Positions 13,701-25,422 of a stretch of 64,000 bases of DNA are shown here, one piece after another. The stretch is from Tubulanus polymorphus. Its lineage: Eukaryota; Animalia; Nemertea. The translations under genes and the position numbers were made by a program. The DNA is taken from contig NC_134034.1 in NCBI RefSeq assembly GCF_964204645.1, positions 4,810,914-4,874,913 of the forward strand, in the 5' to 3' direction. How positions within the stretch are numbered: position 1 is the first letter of the stretch; the number at the start of each line of letters is the position of its first letter. The notes below the pieces were generated by a model. It saw nothing but the letters and a program-made list of their open reading frames with translations. It did not search any database and was not told the origin of the DNA.

Positions 13701-15974
13701 GTAGGGCGCTGGAGAGTTCATTTTGGACTGTGACGCCTATAACTGGGCTATCGGAGGGGTGCTGTCACAGCTACAACGCAATGAGAGAGTGATCGAGTAC
13801 GGTAGCCGCACGCTGAAAGGTGGAGAGGAGAACTATTGTGCCACCAGGCGTGAAATGTTGGCCTTGGTTGACATGATTGATCACTTCCGCCACCATTTAC
13901 AAACCTTCAAAAACCCTGAGGGCCAAGTGGCTCGGTGGCTTGAACGCCTGTCGGAATATGATTTCGTGATCGAACATCGAGCTGGAAGCAAACATTTGAA
14001 CGCAGACGCCCTGTCTCGCATCCCTAAGAAACAGAGGAAACATGGGGACTGCCCAACTTGTGGTGACACTGGTCCATCTATATACCAGGTGACTGCAAAA
14101 CATCAGGGCGATTTGACAGCGCACTCCACTGGCTTGTCCAGGAACAAAATAATCGAGGCGCAAGTAAATGACCCCGAAATATCAGAAATTAGGGAGTTCT
14201 TGGCCGGAGATGGGGTCAAGGACAAGAAACGGCTACAACGGTGTGGTAGAACAGCGAGGAGCCTCTATAGTCTGGTTGAGCGTCTAGAGCTTTTAGATGG
14301 CATTCTTGCGCTTCGGGGGCTACCTCAACGAGACGCCGAGTGGTATTACCCATTTCACTGACTGATGGAACCATAGGAGTCATACATCAGGGATTTGCGG
14401 GGAAACATCTCGGTTCCAAAAAGACAGAGTGCAAAATTAGGGAAAGATTCTGGGTATTAGGCCTCTCAGCTAGGGTCAGGGATTTTGTTCGGGGCTGCAA
14501 AACTTGCCAAGAGTGCAAGTCCCCGTCCAAACTACCAAAAGCCCCAATGATGTCTACACCGGTAGGGCGGACGCTTCCAGCGTGTACATGTAGACATCGT
14601 GGGTCCATTACCGAGAACCCGCCGCGGCAATGTCTACATTCTAGTGGCTCAAGATGCATTCACTAAGTGGCCCGAAGCATGGCCAATTCGCACGGAAAAG
14701 GCCTCCGTGGTGGCACGTGCCCTTGTGAACGAGTGGGTCACCCGTTACGGCTGCCCTGAATCCATCCACTCGGACAAAGGCGCGAACTTCGAGTCGAAAG
14801 TTTTCATGGAGATGTGTAGGATCTTGGCTATTGAAAAGACCAGAACCACTGCCTACCATCCTATGGGCAATGGGCAGGTGGAAAATTTCAATAAGTCCCT
14901 GAAGGCCATGCTGACTACAGCCGTCAATGAGTGTGGAACAAACTGGGACGAGGAACTACCTGCGTGTTTGATGGCATTTCGTTCAAGCGTCGAGATCTCC
15001 ACTCTTGAAACGCCGTTCTACTTGATGTACGCCGAGGAAATGTCACTACCAATCGACATCAGCGTAGGCTTGCCCGAGGACCACCAACCAAGGACTAAGT
15101 ATGGCATGGACCTCTCTGACCGCCTCACTAAGTCACACAATATTGTTCGTGATCGACTAGTGATGCCACAAAGGAGTCAGAAAATGGACTATGACCGTTT
15201 CGCAAAACGTGGGGGTTACAAGGTCGGGGATCGCCTGTGGCTGATGAGCCATTTCTTGAAAAAGGACGAGGCATCTTAGTTCCACCGGAAATGGAAAGGG
15301 CCTTACGTCGTGACCGAGAGACTATCGGAGGTGAATTACAGGGTTGTCCTGGAACCAGGCGCCGATCCGAGGGCGGTAAAGAGAAAGCGGGTTGTGCACT
15401 TCAATGATATAATGATATGAAACCGTGCTTCCTGTCTAGTGAGACCGTGACCATAGGTCATAAAAAACCTAGACAGGAACCGGTTAAAACGACCGATCCC
15501 GAGGAGCAACCAACCCTCAATGACGACGAGGGGGAGGAAGATGAAGACTGTTTCTGGACACGGTCACACCCCGAGACAACGGCGGTTATTCAAGAACCTC
15601 TTGTAACAAACCCTACCCAAAACCATCGCGAGCCTCCTACTCAAAACCGCTCCAAGCCTGGGCCTTTGAACATTACAGACACTGAGGGGCACAGAAGACT
15701 CAGGCCCAGAGTAGGGATCAGACGCCCTAGTCGGTTCGTAAACTCATGTACAGTCAACAACGATGATTCGCTAGCCAACCAAAATAGGGCCTCAGACCCT
15801 TTGGTGGATCCAAACACACTTATAGGACCTCCAGTTGCCTCGGACAAGATTGAGCAGAACAACATTTTTGATATAGAACTGATCCAAAATTGCAAGAAAT
15901 GTCGCGAAGTTCGGTCCCGGATTAACATGAGGAAAGGCTACTGGTTAGAAATGGGCCGGTATATATATAAATAG
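10796..15974 (+). pseudogene. gag-pol: Gypsy gag-pol, disrupted
   Basis: Two CCHC knuckles (11437 frame), protease LLDTGA, RT start (LDLTSGYWQV..KTAF) with the YxDD region deleted near 13430, RNase H (DCDA..RREMLA), integrase HHCC/DDE and WKGPY. Several stops and frameshifts. Confidence 0.92.
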
Positions 15975-16023
15975 TCTTGTCGTTGCAGCCAACTCATGTT
16001 TTGAACTATTTATCGTTTCTAGC

Positions 16024-16854
16024 ATGGACTGTATCGAGTTAGACCAGTTATCTAGCCTCCGCGAGGCGACACAGTCCCTACGGCAGGTCTCGAAAGAAGT
16101 CTGTTCCACCCTTCACAGACAGGACAAGACCCTCAGCGAATTGAGAGCCAAGATGGGCAGACTTTATAACTCTGCCGTAGAACAGTCGTTTGTGGAGGAT
16201 CCTGGTCGCATAGTAACCGGTGCGGTAGTAACTGGTCTCAAGACGACAAAGACCCGACGTTTTCGGCCGAAGATGAGCACAGCTGCATTTGAGTACATCA
16301 GCCAGGAACTAGTGAACGCCCTGGCCGAATGTGGTGGTGACTCCTCGCACATCTGACCGAAACTTGGGGACTTGAAACAGAGGGCAGTTGAGGACTTACC
16401 AATCGTGTTGCTGGGAGACTCGATGTTTACGGGGCTAAAGGCCAGCAGCGGTTTGATTCCAATTTGCCACCCTGGTGAACGACTCGGTGATTTGTTGGAG
16501 TACCTCCCACATGTATCCTTTAGGGCAAGGGTGATTGTGGTCAGGCATGGTATGAACCATGCCGGCGATTATGGCAGGACGACAGAGGAGTTTGCGGAAG
16601 TTTTGGCGCTACTCAAGGGCAAGCACCCTTCTGTTCCCCTTTTCCACCTACAGACCCCTGTCCCTCCTTGCTGGCGTGATGACCACAATCGGGTAAACAA
16701 CATCAACCGGGTTAACGTCTTCGCCCTCCGTGCCGGGTTCCAACAGGCCGACCATCCAGATATCCCGGATTCTGATTTTGTGGGGATCCACTACAAAAAG
16801 TCGGCCATGCACTATGTCTGTCGGGAAATAATCCGTGTGGTAGATCGCGTCTGA
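16024..16854 (+). pseudogene. Extra Gypsy ORF: coiled coil + SGNH/GDSL esterase
   Basis: ORFs 16024-16356 and 16372-16854 are in one frame separated by a single TGA. Motifs VLLGDSM, HGMNH and a C-terminal GIH. Confidence 0.7.
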
Positions 16855-17357
16855 ATGTGTTTCCTTCGGTACCTAACGATGGTTCACCTGGAGTCGCTTA
16901 TTCTTTGTAATGTTAGTGACAAAAAGCCATTCAGTCCAAATACTACCACACGTGACCCCCCAGATGTAGCACACCCCATTGCGAACAGTTTCTTTCCGTT
17001 TTCTTTTGATTGTATTTTTCAGCTTCCCAGGACGAGGAACAGTGGCAGAGGGGCAAGCCAAGTGCAGTGTCCATTGGCCGTATCTACCTTTTGATGGTAT
17101 AGATATTTTTGGTTAGACACTACGCTTAGGTGCGCCCCGAAAACAAACCACAAACCATTAGTGGAGATCGAAAGCTGCATGTATTATCATCACTGAGATA
17201 CAACCCTAATGCGAAACAACGACTACGCCGTGTTAGATGTCTACTGTATCCAGAGCCGAGAAGTTTGGAGCTTAATATACTATAATTAAATTTGTGTAGA
17301 TATTTTGACTATATATTCCTGTTCAAATAGGAGTTTGAACAATTTGAAGGGGGGTGA

Positions 17358-18112
<755 letters not shown>

Positions 18113-19455
18113 AACTCAACCCAGATTATGCTCAGAAGGTCATTGCCTTGCAGACACTGTTTTTTTGAACCACACACATACAACCATTTATTATGCCATC
18201 ATCAACTGCAATATTCACCGTTGTTGTATAAAGTAATGATTTACCAACATCTAACTGTCTAAGAAGACCACATGCATCGAAGTATGATTTACAGTTTTCA
18301 GAAGCAAACAAGACTTTATTTTTCGATTGAACTGCAAACATCCGTAATTACAACATCAGTACATTTGACAGATACTTTGCATGTGGATATGGAATTGAAA
18401 ACTTGTTCATTATGCTTGTGATGAACAATGGCTTCAAGTGGAAAGATATGTGGCACAGTTATAGGGTATGATGGATCTTGTGGATGAACCAGACGTGATT
18501 TCAAAATGTCAGAGTCAGATGAAGTATAAGTACCAGTCCTCAAACGATTAAGTAATTGGGCAAAAATTTTATCATCTTTTTGTCTCATGATTTCCAACAG
18601 CTCAAACATTTTAAAATTATCAAGCCAAAGATTAGAAGCGAAGGGGTCAAATTCTGGTGGTGGTGGTGGATGAAACATATGTCTGTCCATGACTGGCTTT
18701 AATTGAAACAAGTCACCAAATGTAATAACATGACGACCTCCAAATATCTTGTTACTACCCATTATTTCTTTGAAACGGAGATTTATTGTTTACAGCATAC
18801 ATGAACCTACCATAGATATTTCATCGATAATTACTACTTTCAAATGTATGAATTTAGTTCTTAGTGTATTAAGAGAACTAGCTGATAATGATTCATATTT
18901 ATAACCTCTACTAGGTGGGATTTTTAATGCACCATGAATTGTAGAGCTATTTATTCCATACGCAGCCATACCAATAGGAGCCATGAGCAAGATTTTAGTA
19001 TCATCTGGGTTTTCTCCTGGTAAAAATGACAATGATCGCAGCAAGTACTGATATAATGCTTTTATAAGAACAGATTTGCCACAACCAGCAGAGCCAGTAC
19101 AAAATATGTGAAGACTGTCATCAGGTATACGGATCATATGCTGAATGATGTGTGTAAAGAATTCATTCTGTTCTATATTAAGGCTTTGTAACAAAGCAAA
19201 GGTATTCTTGTTCATTCATACGATTAGGTAATAAAGATATTTCAACATCATAATTTCTTGATTGTAAACCCATATCATGACTCAAGTCATAATGTTGCTG
19301 GTGTTCTGGTCTATCAGGATCAAAAAACATGGTTTCACTGACTAAACTTTCAGATGTTTCTTCAATAGATTCATCTTGAGTATCTACATTAAGGATGTCA
19401 ATTTTTTATTTATTTCATCATTTTATGATTCATATTTTTCAACCATCTCAGCAAT
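18113..19455 (-). pseudogene. PIF1-like helicase, N-terminal part
   Basis: TGSAGCGKS, APIGMAA..TIH, IIDEISMV, FGG..FGDLFQLKPV, IMRQKDD..LLNRLRTG; stops and frameshifts present. Confidence 0.92.
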
Positions 19456-20491
19456 TTGTACGGCACGATGACGAAAAGCTGTTTCATAAGAATCATAAGG
19501 TCCTTGAAGTTGAGTTTCTTTTGTTCCCGTTCTGTGACGCGGATACTGTGTCGGATATCCCGTTCTCACCTCGCTGATGTTTCTCTCTCCCATGTTGTCG
19601 AGCTGTTCAGTGAACGAATCGACAAATTTTCCGATTTCGAATTCTTCCCCTTGATTTGACGTACCCATGCGTTCCTGAATCATCTTTGGAATTTTCCTTT
19701 CCAGAATCGGCACCAGTAGTGCCGAACACTCCTCCGTTTTCACTCCTAGATTGTCGAGTGAACGGATGTGCCCATTAACCGTGTGAAGAAATTGGGTCAG
19801 ACTGGTGTAGTTGTTGGACGGCACTGCTAAGTCCAGAAATTCATTTACGTGTGCGCGAATAACCTTTCTCGGTTGGCCGAAACGGTTTTTTAAAATGGAA
19901 ATCATGGTGTCCAGGTTTTCTCCGTACGGGTGTATACCGATCATGGCGTCGGCAGCAGTTCCCTGAAGCTGGCCTAATATATAATTGAACTTGGTAATGG
20001 CACAATATTCCGCGTTAATGACATCAGCTTCCATTGTCTGCCAGAATGATGCCCACTTCGTCGGCGTCCCGTCGAACGTAGGCAGTTTCATTTTAGGCAA
20101 CTGAGCGGTCTTCATTGTCCTAGACTCATTTGTGGTCTCGTCTTTTTTATCCGATTTTGATGCGAGAAAATTTTTTGTCTTCATTAGGCTAATCCTTTGT
20201 TCGGTTCTCGTTCGTTTCGCGTTGCTAATTTCATCTTCGAATTCGTCGGTGTTGAGCAGTTTCTCTTCGATCCGATCGTTTATCTCTATACATTCATTGT
20301 GCGTAATTCTGAGCCCTTCGAGTCGGGCTTCTACTTCTGTTATCTCATCGGCTGATGTCGTTTTCTTTCTCATGAGTTTGTTGACCGTGCTGAGATCTTC
20401 TTCAAAATTCTTTAATAGGACTTTTCTCTTCGTCTTGAGCGTCTGTGTATCCATTGCGTTGTGTTTTATAGCGATCCTGGTCACGGCACCA
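19456..20491 (-). pseudogene. gag: BEL/Pao retrotransposon gag remnant with PBS
   Basis: Coiled N-terminus then LPKMKLPTFDG..WASFW..TKFNYILGQLQG (DUF1759-type). PBS TGGTGCCGTGACCAGGAT (tRNA-His-like) at 20474-20491. No LTR or pol. Confidence 0.85.
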
Positions 20492-20569
20492 TGTGGAAAA
20501 TCAGAGTCACAGCCACCCCAGAGTTTGAACCCCCATTTTTGGGTTTTTTGGCATATATTGTTTGAGTAG
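20492..20569 (-). pseudogene. piggyBac transposase fragment (downstream part)
   Basis: LLKQYMPKNPK/WGFKLW with one frameshift; continues the fragment at 46613-46839. Confidence 0.8.
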
Positions 20570-20699
20570 CAGACCTGCCAACATTGAATTTTTCAAGATA
20601 GTAACATTTTTCAAATTTGCCAGTATTTTCTAGATTTTGCCAGTGACCCACTAGACTTGATGTAACCTTTGCCAGTAACATTTTCAATATGGCCATTAA

Positions 20700-20898
20700 A
20701 ATTTCAGAGAGTTCCGCTTTATCCTTATGTCCTTTTCTTTCACAATGACGTGAAATATCATTTAATCCGCCATGTGAGATCACTATATCGATTTGACATA
20801 TCGTACATCTTGCATGATATTTACTTAATTTCGATGCTATGAAACATGGATATTGTGCGCTGTACGATTTTTTATACTTCTGTTTCCGATATTTCTTA
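20700..20898 (-). pseudogene. BED-type zinc finger, N-terminus of a hAT-like transposase
   Basis: QKYKKSYSAQYPCF..ARCTICQIDIVISHGGLNDISRHCERKGH; the rest of the transposase is deleted. Confidence 0.75.
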
Positions 20899-21248
20899 GC
20901 AAAACTCATAAAAATGAAAAATAAATTCTCACACGCTCGAATTTATTTTTCATTTTTATGAGTTTCACTCCTAATTCAAGTAGAAATTGTTATTATTTTT
21001 ATGTTTTTCATTTTTTACTCACCCGCCCGTTCAACCTTTAGCTTGAAAGCCTATTATCCCTATTACTCTTAAAATATTCATATATATGAATAACATTTAA
21101 ATCATTGAACTTCTAAAATCAATTTTAATAAAAAATTTAGTATTAAAATGGAAGCAAATAAGTACTACTGCCCAACATGTAAGATAAGTATAGATAAGTC
21201 TCAAAAAGCAAGACACAATAAATTGAGAATAAATTGAAATTAGAATAT
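20899..21248 (+). repeat. Left inverted repeat of the Maverick (inverted copy of 36203-36565)
   Basis: Near-exact reverse complement that includes the first polB codons (MEANKYYCPTC); the outer ~100 bp are missing. Confidence 0.9.
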
Positions 21249-22432
21249 TTACAGTTATATTCAGAACAGTTAACAAAGGGAAAGAAATTTATTGAATTAT
21301 GGAATAATGATCCAAATAATGAACAATACGTTGAATTTGATATCAAGGATCTGATGTTTATACTAGAACATGATTCTATTTGAGCCTATATACATTCAAT
21401 GTACAGAGCTATAGAATAAATCTATAAATTCACAGCTGTTACAGCTGTTACTATGACGTCGAGACATTATGAATCAATATTACAAACGTGTAGAGAGAGA
21501 ACACTCTAGAACCGGAACTAGATGACGTGGCATAATCAACGACGTGTCATTCTAGAAATCGCCCCGGAAATGAAAAGGCGCCGTAATATTGTGCTCAGGA
21601 TATTCTATCTTTCGAAACGAAATTAGGTGTTTATAGTACACAATTATAAATCTAAATGTAAGTACTGTTTGTTGTAGTTATTAAGGCTATTAAATATGAA
21701 ACCTTTAGATATATTTAAGTGTATTTAGTATATCTTTTAGATAGCTAGAGTTACCGCTAATATCTTTTAGATTAATAAAACGCCATACGCATCAAGAAGT
21801 GATAGAGAAACTCAAGATACTCTTTCTGACTGAGGAATCAACAGCAATGGATATCGAACCAATAGAAATTGACACAAGAAACACCAAAAGATCAACGAAG
21901 AAACTATATAAGAATTTCAAAAACATTGAGACTCCAATGATTAAGTTTAACATTTGTTGATGTAGTTAAATATTTACCAGCAATTGAAAAAATGTTTGTA
22001 ATTATAAATTGTATTTATAGAAATCAAATAATGTATTGGAAGAAATGACTGAACAACTTGTATAATATATTGTGCAAATCTGTTTGGTGAATTTTTATGT
22101 TCAGTCGTTTCAATTATGATTAACGCATGCGCATTAAGCAAAAACGCTCCTAATAGAGCGGTATTGCCTAGTGCGAACACGTTTTGATATTTTATGTCGG
22201 TCGTTTCTATTTTACAGAATTTATAGAATGAATATATAATTAGGATTAACGCATGCGCATTAAGCAAAAACGCTCCTAATAGAGCGGTTTGCTCAGTGGT
22301 ATTATTTAGATATCAAGGAATCGAAACTGACTTATCAAAAACAGCGAAGAATGAAAAAAGATGACGTTGGTCGAAGAAATGGAAGAGGATTATAAAATAT
22401 TAACCAATTTAGTAAAAAAATACGTATAATAA

Positions 22433-23107
22433 ATGGAACCAGAACAACCACAAACTATCAATATTACAAATAACACTGGCGTTATAAACATATATTACAA
22501 GAAGTGTTCTAAATGTGAATTAGATAAATCATTAACAGAATTTAGTAAGCGTAAGATTAGCAAAGATGGTTTTCAATATTGCTGTAAAACTTGTTTTAAA
22601 CTATATACCAAACAATACCGAGAAGATAATATAGAACATTATAATTATTATATGACAAAATATATGAGAGAAAGATATCAAACAGATCTTAATTTTAGAT
22701 TGAAACAATGCTTAAGATCTAGATTAACACAATTATTCAACAAAGAAACACATTCAGAAACACTATCTAATTTATTGGGTTGTTCAGATGAATTTCTTAA
22801 ATCATGGATTATATTTCAATTCGATGATAAAATGAATATAGATAATTATGGGGATTATTACCATATTGATCATGTGTTACCAATATCTAAATTTAACATG
22901 AATGATGAATACAATAAAAAACTTATTTGGGGTTGGAAAAATTTAAGACCTTTAGAAAAGAAAGAAAATCAAATCAAATCTAATAAACTAGATTTACAGT
23001 TATATTTAGAACAGTTAACAAAGGCAAAGAAATTTATTGATCAATGGAACAATAATCCAAATAATGAACAATACGTTGAGGAATTTGATATCAAGGATCC
23101 GAAATGA
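22433..23107 (+). CDS. Zn-ribbon + HNH/EndoVII-like endonuclease of giant-virus type
   Basis: KKCSKC..K..EF..DG...CKTC; LLGCS..FL; NYG..YHIDHVLPISKF; W.NLRPL..EN..KSNK. Confidence 0.75.
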   Translation: MEPEQPQTINITNNTGVINIYYKKCSKCELDKSLTEFSKRKISKDGFQYCCKTCFKLYTKQYREDNIEHYNYYMTKYMRERYQTDLNFRLKQCLRSRLTQLFNKETHSETLSNLLGCSDEFLKSWIIFQFDDKMNIDNYGDYYHIDHVLPISKFNMNDEYNKKLIWGWKNLRPLEKKENQIKSNKLDLQLYLEQLTKAKKFIDQWNNNPNNEQYVEEFDIKDPK

Positions 23108-23441
23108 CTTATCTGGACAGTTATAACTACTGCTCCTAATAGATGGTGCCATAAACGGCACCCGCACAGTGATAAACAAAAGTAGTGAGATGGTGCCGTA
23201 CAGCACCCACATAGTAATATCAAATAGATTTTAAATAAAATATAATAAAAATTACATACCTTCAACTATCTATTATTTCTATTTTAATTTTTAATATTTT
23301 CTTTTCAAAAAAGAATACTTTGTATCACAAATAAAAAATACTAAAAAACAATAACTAATACTAGAATTCTTTAGCTTTAACTAGCTAGTATCATTTGAAG
23401 AATACTTATAATACTATTCTTATTAAATTTCTCTAATATAA

Positions 23442-24071
23442 ATGTCTAAGAAATCGAATAAGAATAATGTTAAAGTTGAAAAAACTTTGGAAGATTTAGG
23501 CCTAACAGATGATAATGATAATGTGACAACTAAATGTGATAATGGTGCCATATGGCGCTCACACTGTGATATTGATTATGAGTACTATTTATATTGTAAA
23601 CATCAACTCGAACTATTGATTGCGAGTGGCAAATCTAAAGAGTTTATTGGTAAAACAATAACTTTTCAAGAATTAGATAACATGAACAAAGAAAAAGTAA
23701 TCAAATATTTTAAGATTTATGAAGAGTCAAGATTAGCTAGAATAAATGATTCTATTTCTAATGGTATTATCAAATGTTATTGAAAATTATGTAACCGGCT
23801 AATGCCAATTAATGATGAAAATAAATTATATAGTGATTTAAAAAATGACTTCTTAGTTATGACTGAATTACAAAAATGGGTTGGATACGCTTCATTCCAA
23901 TTAGGATCGGTTATGACATTGATTTCTACTGGAGTTATAACATTTTCGAATATCAAACCTATGGAAAACAAAGATAAAAGTAAATCAGGTAAGAACGAAA
24001 CAGATGTACTACAACCAAACCACGAAACAGAAGATGAATCAGAACAAAAATTAAGTAAAATAAATGAGTGA
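23442..24071 (+). pseudogene. Maverick protein of unknown function, one internal stop
   Basis: ORFs 23442-23783 and 23802-24071 share a frame; TAAATG start; hydrophobic segment near the C-terminus. Confidence 0.65.
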
Positions 24072-24459
24072 TGATGGTGTCGTTCAACACCCACACGGTG
24101 ATATTAAAAAAAAGCCTAGATCTGAGAAACAAATTGAATGGGCAAAGAAATTAGGTAAAAGATCTGCAGAATTAAAAAAAGCTAAGAAAAAGAAATTTAC
24201 TGATATAAATGAATCTGGTATTAATTCAAATAATAATCCATCTAATTCTTATAATGCTGGAAGTGATAATATATTATATATTACAATTGGATTAATCACA
24301 GTAATTATATTCTCGGGTGTAATATATAAATATAAATTTAATAATAATGAAAGTGATAATGATAATGATGAACGGAAACTTCGTTACCCATGTACAGACA
24401 ATAAACCACCAGAAAATAAATCAAATGAAAATAAATCTAAAATATTATTAATGGATTAA
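24064..24459 (+). CDS. Basic single-TM protein
   Basis: KKKPRSEKQIEWAKKLG basic helix; TM ILYITIGLITVIIFSGVIY; TAAATG start. Confidence 0.7.
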   Translation: MSDDGVVQHPHGDIKKKPRSEKQIEWAKKLGKRSAELKKAKKKKFTDINESGINSNNNPSNSYNAGSDNILYITIGLITVIIFSGVIYKYKFNNNESDNDNDERKLRYPCTDNKPPENKSNENKSKILLMD

Positions 24460-24462
24460 AAT

Positions 24463-24780
24463 ATGATGAAAAAACAACAATATTTAAGAGATTTATATTA
24501 TAACCCAGAAAGTGAAGTTTCATATTCAAGTGTTTCGGAATTATGGGATAAAATTAAATCTGATAAAGAAAAAATAAAATATAGTGAATTAAAATCATGG
24601 TTACAAAATCAACCCACATATCAAATTCATAAAAAGATGGATAAAAAATATTTAACAAGAAAAGTAATGGTTTCATGTATTGACCAACAATGGCAAGCTG
24701 ATTTAATTGATATGAAAAACTTAGAAGAATATAACAAAGGATATTTTTGGATACTAAATGTTATAGATGTTATAGATAGA
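24463..24780 (+). pseudogene. int: Maverick retroviral-like integrase, N-terminal third only
   Basis: YYNP...WLQNQPTYQIHK...QWQADLIDM...ILNVIDV, then homology ends abruptly. Confidence 0.9.
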
Positions 24781-25390
24781 TATTTGATCCTAATATTTCA
24801 TTAGCATCGGTTAGATCTAATTCATCTTTATTAGGTGTTGCTAATAAAAAATCTTCATATAATTCTTTACCATTTACTTTTTTATTTGAAACAAACTTTG
24901 TAACATATCTAAATGGGTGTTCTATAAATTCTCTTAAACCAACACGTTCTTTAACATTAGTAATATGTACCTTTGTATTCATATGTTTATTCCAATTTGA
25001 TGGAGCGTTTGAAAATTCACCATTACAATAACCACAATAATTTCTATTTTCACTAACATCTAATATTATTGAATTATTATATGTAGAAGGTATTACATTA
25101 TTTGATGTAGAGGGTATTACAGATGTAGTAGGTATTACAGATGTAGTAGTAGGTATTACAGGTGTTGTAGTAGGTATTACAGGTGTAGTAGGTATTACAT
25201 TATTATCAATTACACTATTATTAACAACACCACTTTTATTATTATCGATTTCTATCAGTTTAGTTTTATAATTTTTAAAAATAGGATCAAATATCAAAGC
25301 TATATTACAAGGTATTACATAATATAAACCATCATTATTTTCATGTGTATCGATGTATGGAATATGTTTATATACTTTACCTCCTTCCAT
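24770..25390 (-). CDS. VIPTT-repeat and C2H2 zinc-finger protein (3' end probably lost at the deletion junction)
   Basis: About 6 VIP(T/S)T repeats; CGYC...H....VH; TAAATG start. Confidence 0.65.
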   Translation of the reverse strand: MEGGKVYKHIPYIDTHENNDGLYYVIPCNIALIFDPIFKNYKTKLIEIDNNKSGVVNNSVIDNNVIPTTPVIPTTTPVIPTTTSVIPTTSVIPSTSNNVIPSTYNNSIILDVSENRNYCGYCNGEFSNAPSNWNKHMNTKVHITNVKERVGLREFIEHPFRYVTKFVSNKKVNGKELYEDFLLATPNKDELDLTDANEILGSNIYL

Positions 25391-25422
25391 TTATATAATA
25401 AATTTTTATTAAAGTTAAAATT

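Noticed and set aside
20492-20569. 5' LTR of the BEL element
   Set aside because: Translates as the conserved piggyBac KQYMP..WGFKLW motif, continuous with 46613-46839.
20481-20909. 142-aa ORF as one gene
   Set aside because: Chimeric: the ATG comes from the Maverick repeat, the middle from the hAT BED finger and TIR, and the end from piggyBac.
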